Source: a virus
Lineage: Duplodnaviria; Caudoviricetes
Direction: 5' to 3' (one strand)
IMG/VR virus record: IMGVR_UViG_3300025369_000001
Span: 1 to 47,648 of that record
Length of the DNA: 47,648 nucleotides
The notes beneath the pieces were generated by a model. The model was not told the DNA's origin, did not search any database, and saw only the letters and a program-made list of their open reading frames with translations. A program made the position numbers and the translations under genes. Positions 35,179 through 44,501 of the stretch are shown here, piece after piece (the stretch's first letter is position 1; every line of letters begins with the position of its first letter).

Positions 35179-36639
35179 ATGCGATTCTTAAATAAAAAGA
35201 CAGGCTCATTTATTTCAGTACCAGATAGGTATATTCCTATTGTCACAAGCCTTATTCGATCAGATGAGTATATTTTTATTAAAAATGACGATTCAGAGCA
35301 TTGGATTACTTTACATGGTGGCGAAGGTGAAGGTCAGCATGTATTAATTAATGGCGCAGGTCAAGTTGTAGGCGGTGCAGGTGGAAAGCTTAATGGCAAA
35401 GAATTAGGCAATGTCAAATCTAAGTCTAAAGATGTATCTAAGCCAACAGAAACCCCAACAGAACCACCAAAAGAACCTGAAAAACCTAAAGAAGAACCTA
35501 AAACAATAGCTGAAACTCCTATTGAGACACCAGAGCAAATTACTGAAAGATTAAGCAAGCATGCTAATCAATTATCAGAACAAGCTCATACTTTAGAAGA
35601 TCATCAAAAAGCTAAAGAAGCTCATTTAGAAGCATCTTATAAATATGTAGGCTTAAATAATGCAGATTTATATAAGCATCATTATGAAAAATATAAATAT
35701 CATTTTGAACAAGCTAAGCAACTATTAGCAAAACAAAAAAGAGAAGAATCTAGGGCTAAAAAGAAAGAATTTGCTCAAACAGAAGAAGGAAAATCTAAAG
35801 CTGCAAAAGAAGCTATGTTTGCTACTCAATCAGTTCAAGAAATTGATAATCATTTTAGAAGTAAATTTAATTTAGGCTTTGCTAATGGATCTGAAGCTAA
35901 AAAAGAAGCTGATAAAGCATGGAAAAATTATGTATCAGCTAGAAGGCAAGGCGATCCTAATGCAGAAGATTATAAAAATAAATATCACGAATTAATTGGC
36001 AAATACAGATCAGTTGCTGGGGCTAATATAAGAAGCCATACACCTTATGACATTACAAGTGGATCAACAGGTGGAAAAGCTGTAAGAAAACTATTAGGTC
36101 ATGTAGATTCAGCATTAACTCACATGGAATCATTAGGATTTAATGTCAAAGAAGCCTTAGCTAAAGGCAATGTACAATTTGCAGCTGGAACTACAGGCAG
36201 AGCTAATGGTCATGCTTGGCAAAGCAATGGAGTTGGTTATTTTTCACTATCTACTACAAAAAGACTTGAAACAGATCCTGAACAGACTAAATATGCTCAA
36301 AGAAGAAAAGAAGAAGGTAAACCTAGATGGACAGTATCAAGCGGATCAGAAGATCAAGCTAGAGCAACTATTGTCCATGAATTAGCCCATGCTTTAGGAA
36401 TGCAGCCTCATATTAATTCTCCAGCTAAATTAAAAGCCATATTAGATAAACAGTTTGATAAGAACTATGGCAATATGAGAGAGTGGATTAAGACTAATAT
36501 TAGTGAATATGCCACAGAAAATATTAAGGAAACAGATGCAGAATTAGCAGCTATGGTAACTGCGCCTGATTATGTAAGAGGTACTTTACCTAAAGAACTT
36601 GAAGATCATGTAGATGAATTATTTATGAGGACAAAATAA
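35179..36639 (+). CDS. head-module protein with C-terminal zincin metallopeptidase
   Basis: HELAH plus SEYA..N..E..AE; N-terminal WIT..G...HVLI...G motif. Confidence 0.65.
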   Translation: MRFLNKKTGSFISVPDRYIPIVTSLIRSDEYIFIKNDDSEHWITLHGGEGEGQHVLINGAGQVVGGAGGKLNGKELGNVKSKSKDVSKPTETPTEPPKEPEKPKEEPKTIAETPIETPEQITERLSKHANQLSEQAHTLEDHQKAKEAHLEASYKYVGLNNADLYKHHYEKYKYHFEQAKQLLAKQKREESRAKKKEFAQTEEGKSKAAKEAMFATQSVQEIDNHFRSKFNLGFANGSEAKKEADKAWKNYVSARRQGDPNAEDYKNKYHELIGKYRSVAGANIRSHTPYDITSGSTGGKAVRKLLGHVDSALTHMESLGFNVKEALAKGNVQFAAGTTGRANGHAWQSNGVGYFSLSTTKRLETDPEQTKYAQRRKEEGKPRWTVSSGSEDQARATIVHELAHALGMQPHINSPAKLKAILDKQFDKNYGNMREWIKTNISEYATENIKETDAELAAMVTAPDYVRGTLPKELEDHVDELFMRTK

Positions 36640-36824
36640 TGCTACCAATACCAAAAGATCCAAATTTTAAAATACCGCCAGTAAGCGAGCATGATTTTTT
36701 TAACCCAACAGGCGATGAAGATGAAAGATTGCTTAAAACTGGGGCATGGAATCACGAAGATAATCCGCAACCTGAATCACCAGAAGAAGAAGCTGCTGAA
36801 GAATCTCAAGAAGTAACAAAATGA
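36639..36824 (+). CDS. hypothetical small acidic protein
   Basis: TAATG and ATGA coupling on the two sides. Confidence 0.6.
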   Translation: MLPIPKDPNFKIPPVSEHDFFNPTGDEDERLLKTGAWNHEDNPQPESPEEEAAEESQEVTK

Positions 36825-37615
36825 CATTTTTTCAAGTATTAACTGCTGCTGTCAATGACATCATAGAGCATGGCTTTGATTCTAAGAAAAGAATCGATGA
36901 TTGGATGAAAAAGATCCATAAGGCAGCACTAAAAGAGTTAATCCCAGAAGCACAAATCCAAAGAGAACTAAAAAAGGCACTTGAAATAGCCTATAACCGA
37001 CTTGTAACTAAAGGCGGTCTTATATCATCCCATGTATCTAAATTTGATATAGAAAAGCTTAAGCCTAAACTAAGATCAGAGCTTGATCGTAGAATTATGG
37101 CATCTACTGACCTTATTAAATACAATCGAGAAGAATGTATCAATAATCTATTAAGAAGATTTGAAGGATGGGCGACTTCTATTCCAAAAGGCGGATCAGA
37201 TGCAGTCGATAAAGTAAAACAAAAGCAAGATATTAGAAAGTCATTAGGCAAAATCAGTTTTGAGCAAAGACGAGTCATTATTGATCAGACTCATAAGCTT
37301 GTATCCAATATTAATGACATAGTAGCTATTGATAATGGCGCTATTGCTGCTAGATGGCATTCACACTGGAAAGAACTCAATTACAACTATCGAAAAGACC
37401 ATAAAGAACGAGATGAGAAGATTTATGTGATCAAAGGTAGTTGGGCAGTAGAAAAAGGATATATCTCAGCCCCTAATGGTTATACCGATGAAATTACACA
37501 GCCAGGCGAAGAAGTTTACTGTCGATGCAACTACACCTACCTGTATAATTTAAGGCAAGTTAAAGATTTATTAACAAATAAAGGCGAAAAAGCCTTACAA
37601 TCTCTAAAAATTTAG
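36821..37615 (+). CDS. MuF / SPP1 gp7-like head morphogenesis protein
   Basis: DQ..K, R..H..RD and PGEEVYCRC motifs. Confidence 0.8.
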   Translation: MTFFQVLTAAVNDIIEHGFDSKKRIDDWMKKIHKAALKELIPEAQIQRELKKALEIAYNRLVTKGGLISSHVSKFDIEKLKPKLRSELDRRIMASTDLIKYNREECINNLLRRFEGWATSIPKGGSDAVDKVKQKQDIRKSLGKISFEQRRVIIDQTHKLVSNINDIVAIDNGAIAARWHSHWKELNYNYRKDHKERDEKIYVIKGSWAVEKGYISAPNGYTDEITQPGEEVYCRCNYTYLYNLRQVKDLLTNKGEKALQSLKI

Positions 37616-37623
37616 GAATTTCT

Positions 37624-39039
37624 ATGCCCTTTGAGTCAGAAAAACAAAGAAAAGCTATGTATGCAGCCGCTAAAAGTAAATCCAATATAGGAATACCTAA
37701 AGAAGTTGCTAAGAAGTTTATTAAGCATGGAGAAGATGAATTATCAGCTCCAGTATTGCTTACTCCTAAAAAATTTGCAGAAAATGCAAAAGTAGAAGAA
37801 GAAATTGCAGATCCAAGAGAAGAATTGCAAAATGTACAGGGTGAAATTGCGGAAATCGCAAAAATCCTTAGAGCCTATAAGACAGATACTCTTTTAGACA
37901 AAGTAAAGACCATGAATGAGAATGAAATCATGGTAAGAGCTGGAGAGCCTGTACCTAGATTTGGTCAAGATGCTGACCCTTGCTGGGAAGGTTATCAACA
38001 AATAGGTATGAAGGAAAAAGGCGGCAAAGAAGTGCCTAACTGTGTACCAGATTCAGCAGTTGAAGGATCAGTTGTAGCAGTTGATGAGAAACCAATAGAT
38101 AAAATGGCAGGGGCTGAAGGTAGAGCATCTGGAATCTTATTTTTGACTGAAAGCAATGAAACTCTATTAGTTCGCAGAGGTAATGGTGGCGATTATCCAA
38201 ATATGTGGTGCGTACCAGGCGGACATCAAATTGAAGGCGAAACATTAGAAGATTGCGCTAGACGAGAAGCAGCAGAAGAAACTGGCAGAAGATATGAAGG
38301 CGATTTAGAGATATTGCATGACGATGGTCAATTTTGCACCTATATTGCCAGAGATATTAAAAAGTTCCCTGTTAAAGTATGTGATGAATCTACAGGCTAT
38401 GATTGGAGTCATTTAAGCAATCCACCTATGCCATTGCATCCAGGTCTTGCTACTGCATTTAGAGTGGCAGCTGCAAAAACTGAATATGATATTGCAGAGC
38501 TTATAAAGGATGATGTATTACCTAGTCCACAGATGTATGCGAATATCTGTTTACTAGCTATTAGAATTACAGGTACTGGCTTAGCTTATAGATCATCTAT
38601 TGGCGAGCATGTATGGAGAGATCCATCACTTTACCTAAATGAAGAATTTTTAAAGAGATGTAATGGCTTAACAGTCATTATGGATCACCCTGAGAGCGCT
38701 GTCTTGACCTCTAAAGAGTTTAAAGATAGGGCAGTTGGTAGTATCATGCTACCATATATCAAAGGTGACGAGGTTTGGGGCATAGCCAAGATTTATGACC
38801 AAGCTTCTGTCGATGAGATTTTAGAAGGCGAAATATCGACTTCACCATCGGTGGTCTTTGACCAATCCGCTGGAAATACAACACTGACAACCGAGAGTGG
38901 CGAGCCGCTCTTGATTGAAGGCGTACCATTCCTGTTAGATCATATAGCAATTGTTACGAAAGCGAGAGGATCAAAAGGAGTTTGGGACAAAGGTGGCGAA
39001 GCCACTGGAGTTTTATTAACTAACCAAGAGGTGTCTTAA
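37624..39039 (+). CDS. prohead protease (DUF2213-like) fused to a NUDIX hydrolase
   Basis: Nudix box GHQIEGETLEDCARREAAEETG; protease motifs MDHP, STS and DHIAIV. Confidence 0.8.
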   Translation: MPFESEKQRKAMYAAAKSKSNIGIPKEVAKKFIKHGEDELSAPVLLTPKKFAENAKVEEEIADPREELQNVQGEIAEIAKILRAYKTDTLLDKVKTMNENEIMVRAGEPVPRFGQDADPCWEGYQQIGMKEKGGKEVPNCVPDSAVEGSVVAVDEKPIDKMAGAEGRASGILFLTESNETLLVRRGNGGDYPNMWCVPGGHQIEGETLEDCARREAAEETGRRYEGDLEILHDDGQFCTYIARDIKKFPVKVCDESTGYDWSHLSNPPMPLHPGLATAFRVAAAKTEYDIAELIKDDVLPSPQMYANICLLAIRITGTGLAYRSSIGEHVWRDPSLYLNEEFLKRCNGLTVIMDHPESAVLTSKEFKDRAVGSIMLPYIKGDEVWGIAKIYDQASVDEILEGEISTSPSVVFDQSAGNTTLTTESGEPLLIEGVPFLLDHIAIVTKARGSKGVWDKGGEATGVLLTNQEVS

Positions 39040-39040
39040 T

Positions 39041-39865
39041 ATGACAAAAGAAACAATGATTGAGCCTAAAGCAGATGCTTCAGGCGAAAAATTAGACGCT
39101 ATCTTATCCGCTTTGAATAGTATTGCTGTTCGAGTTGATGAGATGGAAAAAAATCTACCTGCACCACCATTAGTCACAGCAGCTGATAAAAAAGCTAAGC
39201 ATGACGATGATATGGAAGCTTGTGATGATGACGCTAAGAAAGATGATGACGAAGAAGAAATGGTAGCTAAAAAAGCAGATAAGAAAGCTAAAAAAGATGC
39301 AGAAGGCTCTGATCCAAAAGAGCATGGAAAAGCAGGCGAAATTAAACCAGATGACGAAGGTAAAATCGAAGAACCAGGTCACATGGAATTTAAGAAAGAT
39401 GATGATGACGAAGAAGAAGAAGCTAAGAAAGATGATGACGAAGCTGCTAAGATGGATGAAGAAGAAACTAAATATGCTGATGCACAAGCTAAGGCTGATT
39501 CAGTATTAGCTGGTTTTGGCAAATCTGCAACTCGCCCATTACAAGGTGAAAGCTTAATGGCTTATCGCAAAAGATTATTGCGTGGCGTACAAGGCTATTC
39601 CGATGCTTACAAAGGTATCAACCTTGCTTCTATCAAAGATGCAAAATTACTTGATTTAGCAGAAAAGCAAATTTTTGCTGATGCACTTGCAGCTTCAAAA
39701 GCTCCATTGCACTATGCTGCTGACCAATTAATCGAGCTTCACGAAAAAGATAGAGCTGGTCGCACAATTACGAAATTCAAAGGTTCTGTAGAAGCATGGC
39801 TCGGTGATTTTAAAGTGCCATCTTTAAGAGTTAAAGAGTTTCACTTAAATAACAATAAAAGATAA
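39041..39865 (+). CDS. capsid scaffolding protein
   Basis: Low-complexity D/E/K-rich region; position after the protease. Confidence 0.7.
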   Translation: MTKETMIEPKADASGEKLDAILSALNSIAVRVDEMEKNLPAPPLVTAADKKAKHDDDMEACDDDAKKDDDEEEMVAKKADKKAKKDAEGSDPKEHGKAGEIKPDDEGKIEEPGHMEFKKDDDDEEEEAKKDDDEAAKMDEEETKYADAQAKADSVLAGFGKSATRPLQGESLMAYRKRLLRGVQGYSDAYKGINLASIKDAKLLDLAEKQIFADALAASKAPLHYAADQLIELHEKDRAGRTITKFKGSVEAWLGDFKVPSLRVKEFHLNNNKR

Positions 39866-39876
39866 GGAAGATAGCT

Positions 39877-40521
39877 ATGTCAGCAAATCTAATCTCATTA
39901 AATCCTATGCTAACAACCAATGCAGTAGGTTTGTTTAATACAAACTCTGCTGGTTTTACGCAAGGTGATGCACTTGATGATCCAGCGGTTAAGTTCTACT
40001 TAGCTGGTGGTGTATTAAGTACATCTGCTACTTCTCCTATTTGGGGTGGTATTCCAATTCAAGAGTTTTCTGCTGTAGGTCAAGCAGGTGTATTCTCTGG
40101 TAATAAACAACCAGGCACAGATACTCTTGGTTCAACAGTTTTACAAGCGACTGGTTCAGCTAACCCAACAGGTATCGCTGTTTATAACCAAGCTTTCGCT
40201 GGTATTACAACACCGCAAAGTACTGCACCACTTTATTCACCAGGTATGTCTGTTAATTTCTACAGATTTGGTTCTGGCGCTAGAATCCCTTTGATTCTTG
40301 ATCCAGCATCTGTAACAATTGATGGTCAATTAATCAGCACAACAGTTTATTTTGATTACACAAATAACTGGGTAACTGTTAATAATCCTGGTACACAAGC
40401 TGCTTTCCCTGTGAAAGTAATTGGTGTAAGCACCACTGGCAACAAGACAGTTTCATACAATGGAACTACTAATGCTGCTAACTGGATTTACAATCAATAT
40501 GTGGCACTTTGCCTAATCTAA
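39877..40521 (+). CDS. head decoration/cement protein
   Basis: Position between scaffold and major capsid protein. Confidence 0.6.
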   Translation: MSANLISLNPMLTTNAVGLFNTNSAGFTQGDALDDPAVKFYLAGGVLSTSATSPIWGGIPIQEFSAVGQAGVFSGNKQPGTDTLGSTVLQATGSANPTGIAVYNQAFAGITTPQSTAPLYSPGMSVNFYRFGSGARIPLILDPASVTIDGQLISTTVYFDYTNNWVTVNNPGTQAAFPVKVIGVSTTGNKTVSYNGTTNAANWIYNQYVALCLI

Positions 40522-40537
40522 TCGAGGAGAAATAATT

Positions 40538-41563
40538 ATGTCAGGCTTTGCACCATCATTTGTAACAGTAAATCCGCACTACATGATGCCAGAACTCATT
40601 ATGCAATACAGTTTGGCTTCAGGTGCTTTCACAACTTTAGCAACAGAAAATCCTATGCCAAGACTTGGTGAAGCGGATCTTTATGTATATGCTAAAAAAG
40701 TACAATTAACAACACAAGTACAAGCTAATCAATCACAAGTGAATCAGTTGCCAAGTGCATCTATCATTCCTTCAATGATTAGTACTGCTACTTACCGCCT
40801 ACAAACTAGAGCGCAATACGATAATTTCGATGAAGCTGCTACTGGCGCTTGGGGCTATGCACTACCACAAGGTATGCGCTTAGCTGCTCGTCAAGGTATC
40901 GCTCAACAATTGCGTAATGCTCTACTTTATGGCTTTAACCCAGCAAACGGAGAAGGTTTATTAAACACTTCAGGTGCTACTACTCAAGTTCTTGGTGCTG
41001 ATACCAATGGCAACACTGGTTACAGTACTTGGGATAGCGGTCAATTAGCTCAATATCTATTGAATATGATTGGCGCTTTAAAAGTGCGTACACTTCAAAT
41101 TGGACAACCACTCCGCTTAGTTTTCTTAGCACCACAAAGATTCATTAGCCAAATTTCATATTCTGGCGTAGTGTCTTTAACACAATTCCAAAGAATTGGT
41201 GCTGGTGTTGAAACTGCTGCTGGTTTAGTTGAAACAGTTGCTCAATGGGCAGGTGGTGATGATGTTAGCTTCGCAGCTGACGACACACTAATCGGTCAAG
41301 GCTTCGGTGGTACTGATGCAATTATCTTAATTGCTCCAGAACTTAAGATCCCTAAAGCAAACAATGCTATTAATACTAACATTTTTGCTACATTGACACC
41401 TAACCAAACAGCTACATCATTAATGCTTACAGATGTATCTGCTCCTACTGAAATTCCAACACCTATTGCAGATGGTGGAATTACTACTCTCTATACAATG
41501 AGAAGTACATCAGGCTGGGGTATCAGACCTGAAGCATTGACAATCTTGTCAGCTGCTTATTAG
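40538..41563 (+). CDS. major capsid protein
   Basis: 341 aa; LYG...GEGLLN; G..IRP.A C-terminus; followed by a terminator. Confidence 0.85.
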   Translation: MSGFAPSFVTVNPHYMMPELIMQYSLASGAFTTLATENPMPRLGEADLYVYAKKVQLTTQVQANQSQVNQLPSASIIPSMISTATYRLQTRAQYDNFDEAATGAWGYALPQGMRLAARQGIAQQLRNALLYGFNPANGEGLLNTSGATTQVLGADTNGNTGYSTWDSGQLAQYLLNMIGALKVRTLQIGQPLRLVFLAPQRFISQISYSGVVSLTQFQRIGAGVETAAGLVETVAQWAGGDDVSFAADDTLIGQGFGGTDAIILIAPELKIPKANNAINTNIFATLTPNQTATSLMLTDVSAPTEIPTPIADGGITTLYTMRSTSGWGIRPEALTILSAAY

Positions 41564-41581
41564 TAGTTAGTTGTTTTGCAG

Positions 41582-41607
41582 AAAAGCTCACTTAGGTGGG
41601 CTTTTTT
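41582..41607 (+). terminator. intrinsic terminator after the capsid gene
   Basis: AAAAGCTCAC-TTAG-GTGGGCTTTT followed by TT. Confidence 0.85.
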
Positions 41608-41624
41608 GTTGTATAGTACTAAAA

Positions 41625-41697
41625 CCTTAGTGATGCAAGGATAACAACCATGAGGGGTATTCTAGTATAAAAAAACTAGAGCATCATATATCCCTCA
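41625..41697 (+). ncRNA. candidate pseudoknotted 5' leader RNA
   Basis: CCTT-AGTGATGC-AAGG hairpin; TGAGGGGTAT/ATATCCCTCA; TCTAGT/ACTAGA; GCATCA complementary to the first loop. Confidence 0.55.
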
Positions 41698-41720
41698 CCC
41701 TTATTTAAAAGGACAACAAT

Positions 41721-42227
41721 ATGAAACTATATATAGCGAATTGCAGTAAGCAAGAGTTTAATCTTACTTATATGCTTCCTGAGAATCCAAGACCATTTAT
41801 GCACCATATTCGTGCTGGTGGACAAGTTGAGATTCCAGGTAATCAAGATTCAGTCGATTCAATCATTAATCAATTATCTATCTATGGATTAATGGAAGCT
41901 TCTAAAGTCAAAAAGGGCTTTGGCGGTATTGCATATCAATTAGAAAAGCCAATTAGTGTTGAAGCTATTGAAGCTGGTCTTGACCAAAGAGATCAAGAAA
42001 TGATTGACAGAGCATTAGAAGCTCGTAAGAATACTGCTGCGGCAGCTGATAAAATCTTGACTGATAAAGCTCAAGAAATGGGCTTAAAGCAAAAAGCAGG
42101 TCTTGAAGTAGAAATTATGGAAGAAAAAAAGAATGCAGGTGATAATTCACCTAAATTCGAGCAAACTATTGAGGTAGTTAGAGAAGGATTACAACCTCAA
42201 AGCAAGGCTTCAAGAAAGAAGAAATGA
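41721..42227 (+). CDS. hypothetical head-module protein
   Basis: AAAGGAC RBS; follows the capsid gene. Confidence 0.65.
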   Translation: MKLYIANCSKQEFNLTYMLPENPRPFMHHIRAGGQVEIPGNQDSVDSIINQLSIYGLMEASKVKKGFGGIAYQLEKPISVEAIEAGLDQRDQEMIDRALEARKNTAAAADKILTDKAQEMGLKQKAGLEVEIMEEKKNAGDNSPKFEQTIEVVREGLQPQSKASRKKK

Positions 42228-42256
42228 TATATAATGCAATTTTAGGAAATTAACTT

Positions 42257-42715
42257 ATGACAGATCCCATTACTTCTCCCCCAACTTTAACTGGATTTAT
42301 CGCTTGGACAAGAGCAGTAATGGGTATTCCTACCTCAGCTATTCCTGATAATGATATAGGCTATCAATATGCCTATCAGGTAGCACTCGATATAGTACCC
42401 CTAGATTTTACCCAAGCTTCACCAGATATATATACTTTGACTGTATATAATCTAGGCGGAAGTAACTTATTACAATGGCAACAAGATATTACAGGACAGA
42501 CCTTTTTTGCCGATGCAAGAGCTTCATATAGTATGAATAGCTTTGTAGCTGGTGTTGTAGATAGCGCTAATGATGTATCCACAAGTGAGACACTATCAGT
42601 AGGCGCAGGTCTTAAAAATCTTACTCTATTTGACTTACAAGCTATTAAGAATCCCTATGGAAGGCAAGCTTTGCTTTATATGCAAACTCTTGGCACTCTC
42701 TGGGGAATTACTTGA
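42257..42715 (+). CDS. head-tail adaptor (DUF4054-like)
   Basis: GVV.SA.D.S.S and NPYGRQ.L motifs. Confidence 0.65.
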   Translation: MTDPITSPPTLTGFIAWTRAVMGIPTSAIPDNDIGYQYAYQVALDIVPLDFTQASPDIYTLTVYNLGGSNLLQWQQDITGQTFFADARASYSMNSFVAGVVDSANDVSTSETLSVGAGLKNLTLFDLQAIKNPYGRQALLYMQTLGTLWGIT

Positions 42716-43158
42716 AATTACATCTCGGAGTTATTGAAGTACCTGAAATTGAAGAAGGCTCTACTTCTTATACTGTAGGAAAAGACCTAGAAGCTCGCTA
42801 TGGGCTATTTTCAGCTTTTGCTAATACCTATGGTGAAAAGATAGCTAAAAACCTCGCAGAAGGCGCACAAGGAGCTTTAGAAACCCTTTTATTAGGCAAT
42901 AAAGTATCTGATCCTTTTGCTGCTGGTACAGACCAGATTACAGCCGATTTTAAGCATTTTATTAGCTCACAAGAAGCTGAAACAGTAGGGCTTCCTGGTG
43001 TACCAACTCAAGCTGCTTTAATGGGTAAATCAACTCGATTTAAAGGTAAGGCAAGAAGGGGAGCTAGACCAAAAGGTCAAGTGACTTATGGTGTAAGACG
43101 ACCTTCATTTATTGATAGCGGTATATTTATTAACTCTTTAAAGACTTGGATTGAATAA
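42712..43158 (+). CDS. neck/tail completion protein
   Basis: RPSFIDSG motif; synteny. Confidence 0.55.
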   Translation: MKLHLGVIEVPEIEEGSTSYTVGKDLEARYGLFSAFANTYGEKIAKNLAEGAQGALETLLLGNKVSDPFAAGTDQITADFKHFISSQEAETVGLPGVPTQAALMGKSTRFKGKARRGARPKGQVTYGVRRPSFIDSGIFINSLKTWIE

Positions 43159-44156
43159 TGGCAACAGTAAGCGAATCAGCACAAGCCAAACCACAATTAG
43201 CGGCTGGATTAAATGAGGGCATACAGACCTTATCCGCCAATGAGCAAGTTACCTTTACTCTATATGTAAAGCTTGTTTTACCTCTTGATGGTTATGTATT
43301 CTGGGTAAATGCAGCTCTTTTAACAGATTCAGCTATTTACAATGTGGCTCAATATAACCGATTGGAGTATGACCAATTAGAATCTACTCCTATTCCACCA
43401 AGATCATTAACTGTGACTGGTTCTTTCCACTTTAATTCAGAGTTGCATCAATTAGAAGATAGAACTACAGCATACAATCATGTCATCTTTACTTCACCAC
43501 AGCTTATACAAGATTTTAATGTTGTAAATAACTCATTAATCTATGTAGCAAGCTATGAAGGCTTAAAATTTGCCTTTAGTCGTAGAGATAATTATTACAA
43601 ACAAGCTGACCTTTTCCACTATAAAGGTGATGCACTTTACTCCATCATGGACACTCAACTTATTGATTCCATGACAGGTTTTGATACTACAAGCCCTATA
43701 GTCTCTAATAGTTTACCTATCTGGCTTACTTTAAACCAATACTTTCCGATGTATCCATCTTATCTAGCTCCACAAAATTTACAGCCACCTTATGCTGTAG
43801 TGGACATTGATCCTAAGGAAACAAGAGCTTTACAGCAATTTCCTTTGCTAGATGCTAATTCAAATCCGTATCAATTAACCCATGATACTGTTAGAATAAC
43901 CATTTATGGGATTCGCAATAATGCTGCACTTAATTTTGCGAATTATGTATTTGATTATAGTAGAAATACCGATAATATTGGTATGATGAATATGCCAATC
44001 ATTCAAGATGAAAAAGTAACTCAACCTGAATTTGGTATATTAGCTATGAAAAAGACAATTACTTTTGAAGTAAGTTATTATCAGTCTACGATTAATGACA
44101 TTGCCAGAAAGTTGATTGAAAGTGCATTTATGACAATAACAGAAACAAACTTATAG
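43158..44156 (+). CDS. neck protein (head-closure/tail-terminator-like)
   Basis: Position before the sheath gene; 332 aa. Confidence 0.45.
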   Translation: MATVSESAQAKPQLAAGLNEGIQTLSANEQVTFTLYVKLVLPLDGYVFWVNAALLTDSAIYNVAQYNRLEYDQLESTPIPPRSLTVTGSFHFNSELHQLEDRTTAYNHVIFTSPQLIQDFNVVNNSLIYVASYEGLKFAFSRRDNYYKQADLFHYKGDALYSIMDTQLIDSMTGFDTTSPIVSNSLPIWLTLNQYFPMYPSYLAPQNLQPPYAVVDIDPKETRALQQFPLLDANSNPYQLTHDTVRITIYGIRNNAALNFANYVFDYSRNTDNIGMMNMPIIQDEKVTQPEFGILAMKKTITFEVSYYQSTINDIARKLIESAFMTITETNL

Positions 44157-44166
44157 GAGAAATATT

Positions 44167-44484
44167 ATGGCAGTAGGTCAAAATCAACCAGCAGTAATCA
44201 ATGGTGCAGCAATAACAGCACAAGGTATCAATTCAGCATTAAATCTATCAGCTAATACAGTTGTTAAAGCATTTAAAGGTCGAATTGTTAAAGTAAATGT
44301 AACAACAGCAGGTTCTACAAATGGCGCTATCTATGATTCAGCAACAATCGCTGGCGTAGCAGCAGCTAATTTAGTAGCAGTTATTCCTGATGTAATTGGC
44401 ACTTATTTAATCGATTTTCCATGCAAAAATGGTATCGTATTTGAGCCAGGTACAGGTCAAGTTGTTTCTTTAAGCTACAATTAA
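44167..44484 (+). CDS. hypothetical virion protein
   Basis: AGGAG RBS; beta-rich composition. Confidence 0.55.
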   Translation: MAVGQNQPAVINGAAITAQGINSALNLSANTVVKAFKGRIVKVNVTTAGSTNGAIYDSATIAGVAAANLVAVIPDVIGTYLIDFPCKNGIVFEPGTGQVVSLSYN

Positions 44485-44501
44485 TTTAATAAGGGGGCAT
44501 T

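Noticed and set aside
39170-39509. Phe-rich antisense ORF and shifted ORF
   Set aside because: Shadows of the K/D/E low-complexity scaffold
31398-41697. tRNA, hammerhead or pistol ribozyme identity for the structured elements at 31398 and 41625
   Set aside because: No TTC loop or cloverleaf, no CUGAnGA/GAAA core, and the helix order differs from pistol
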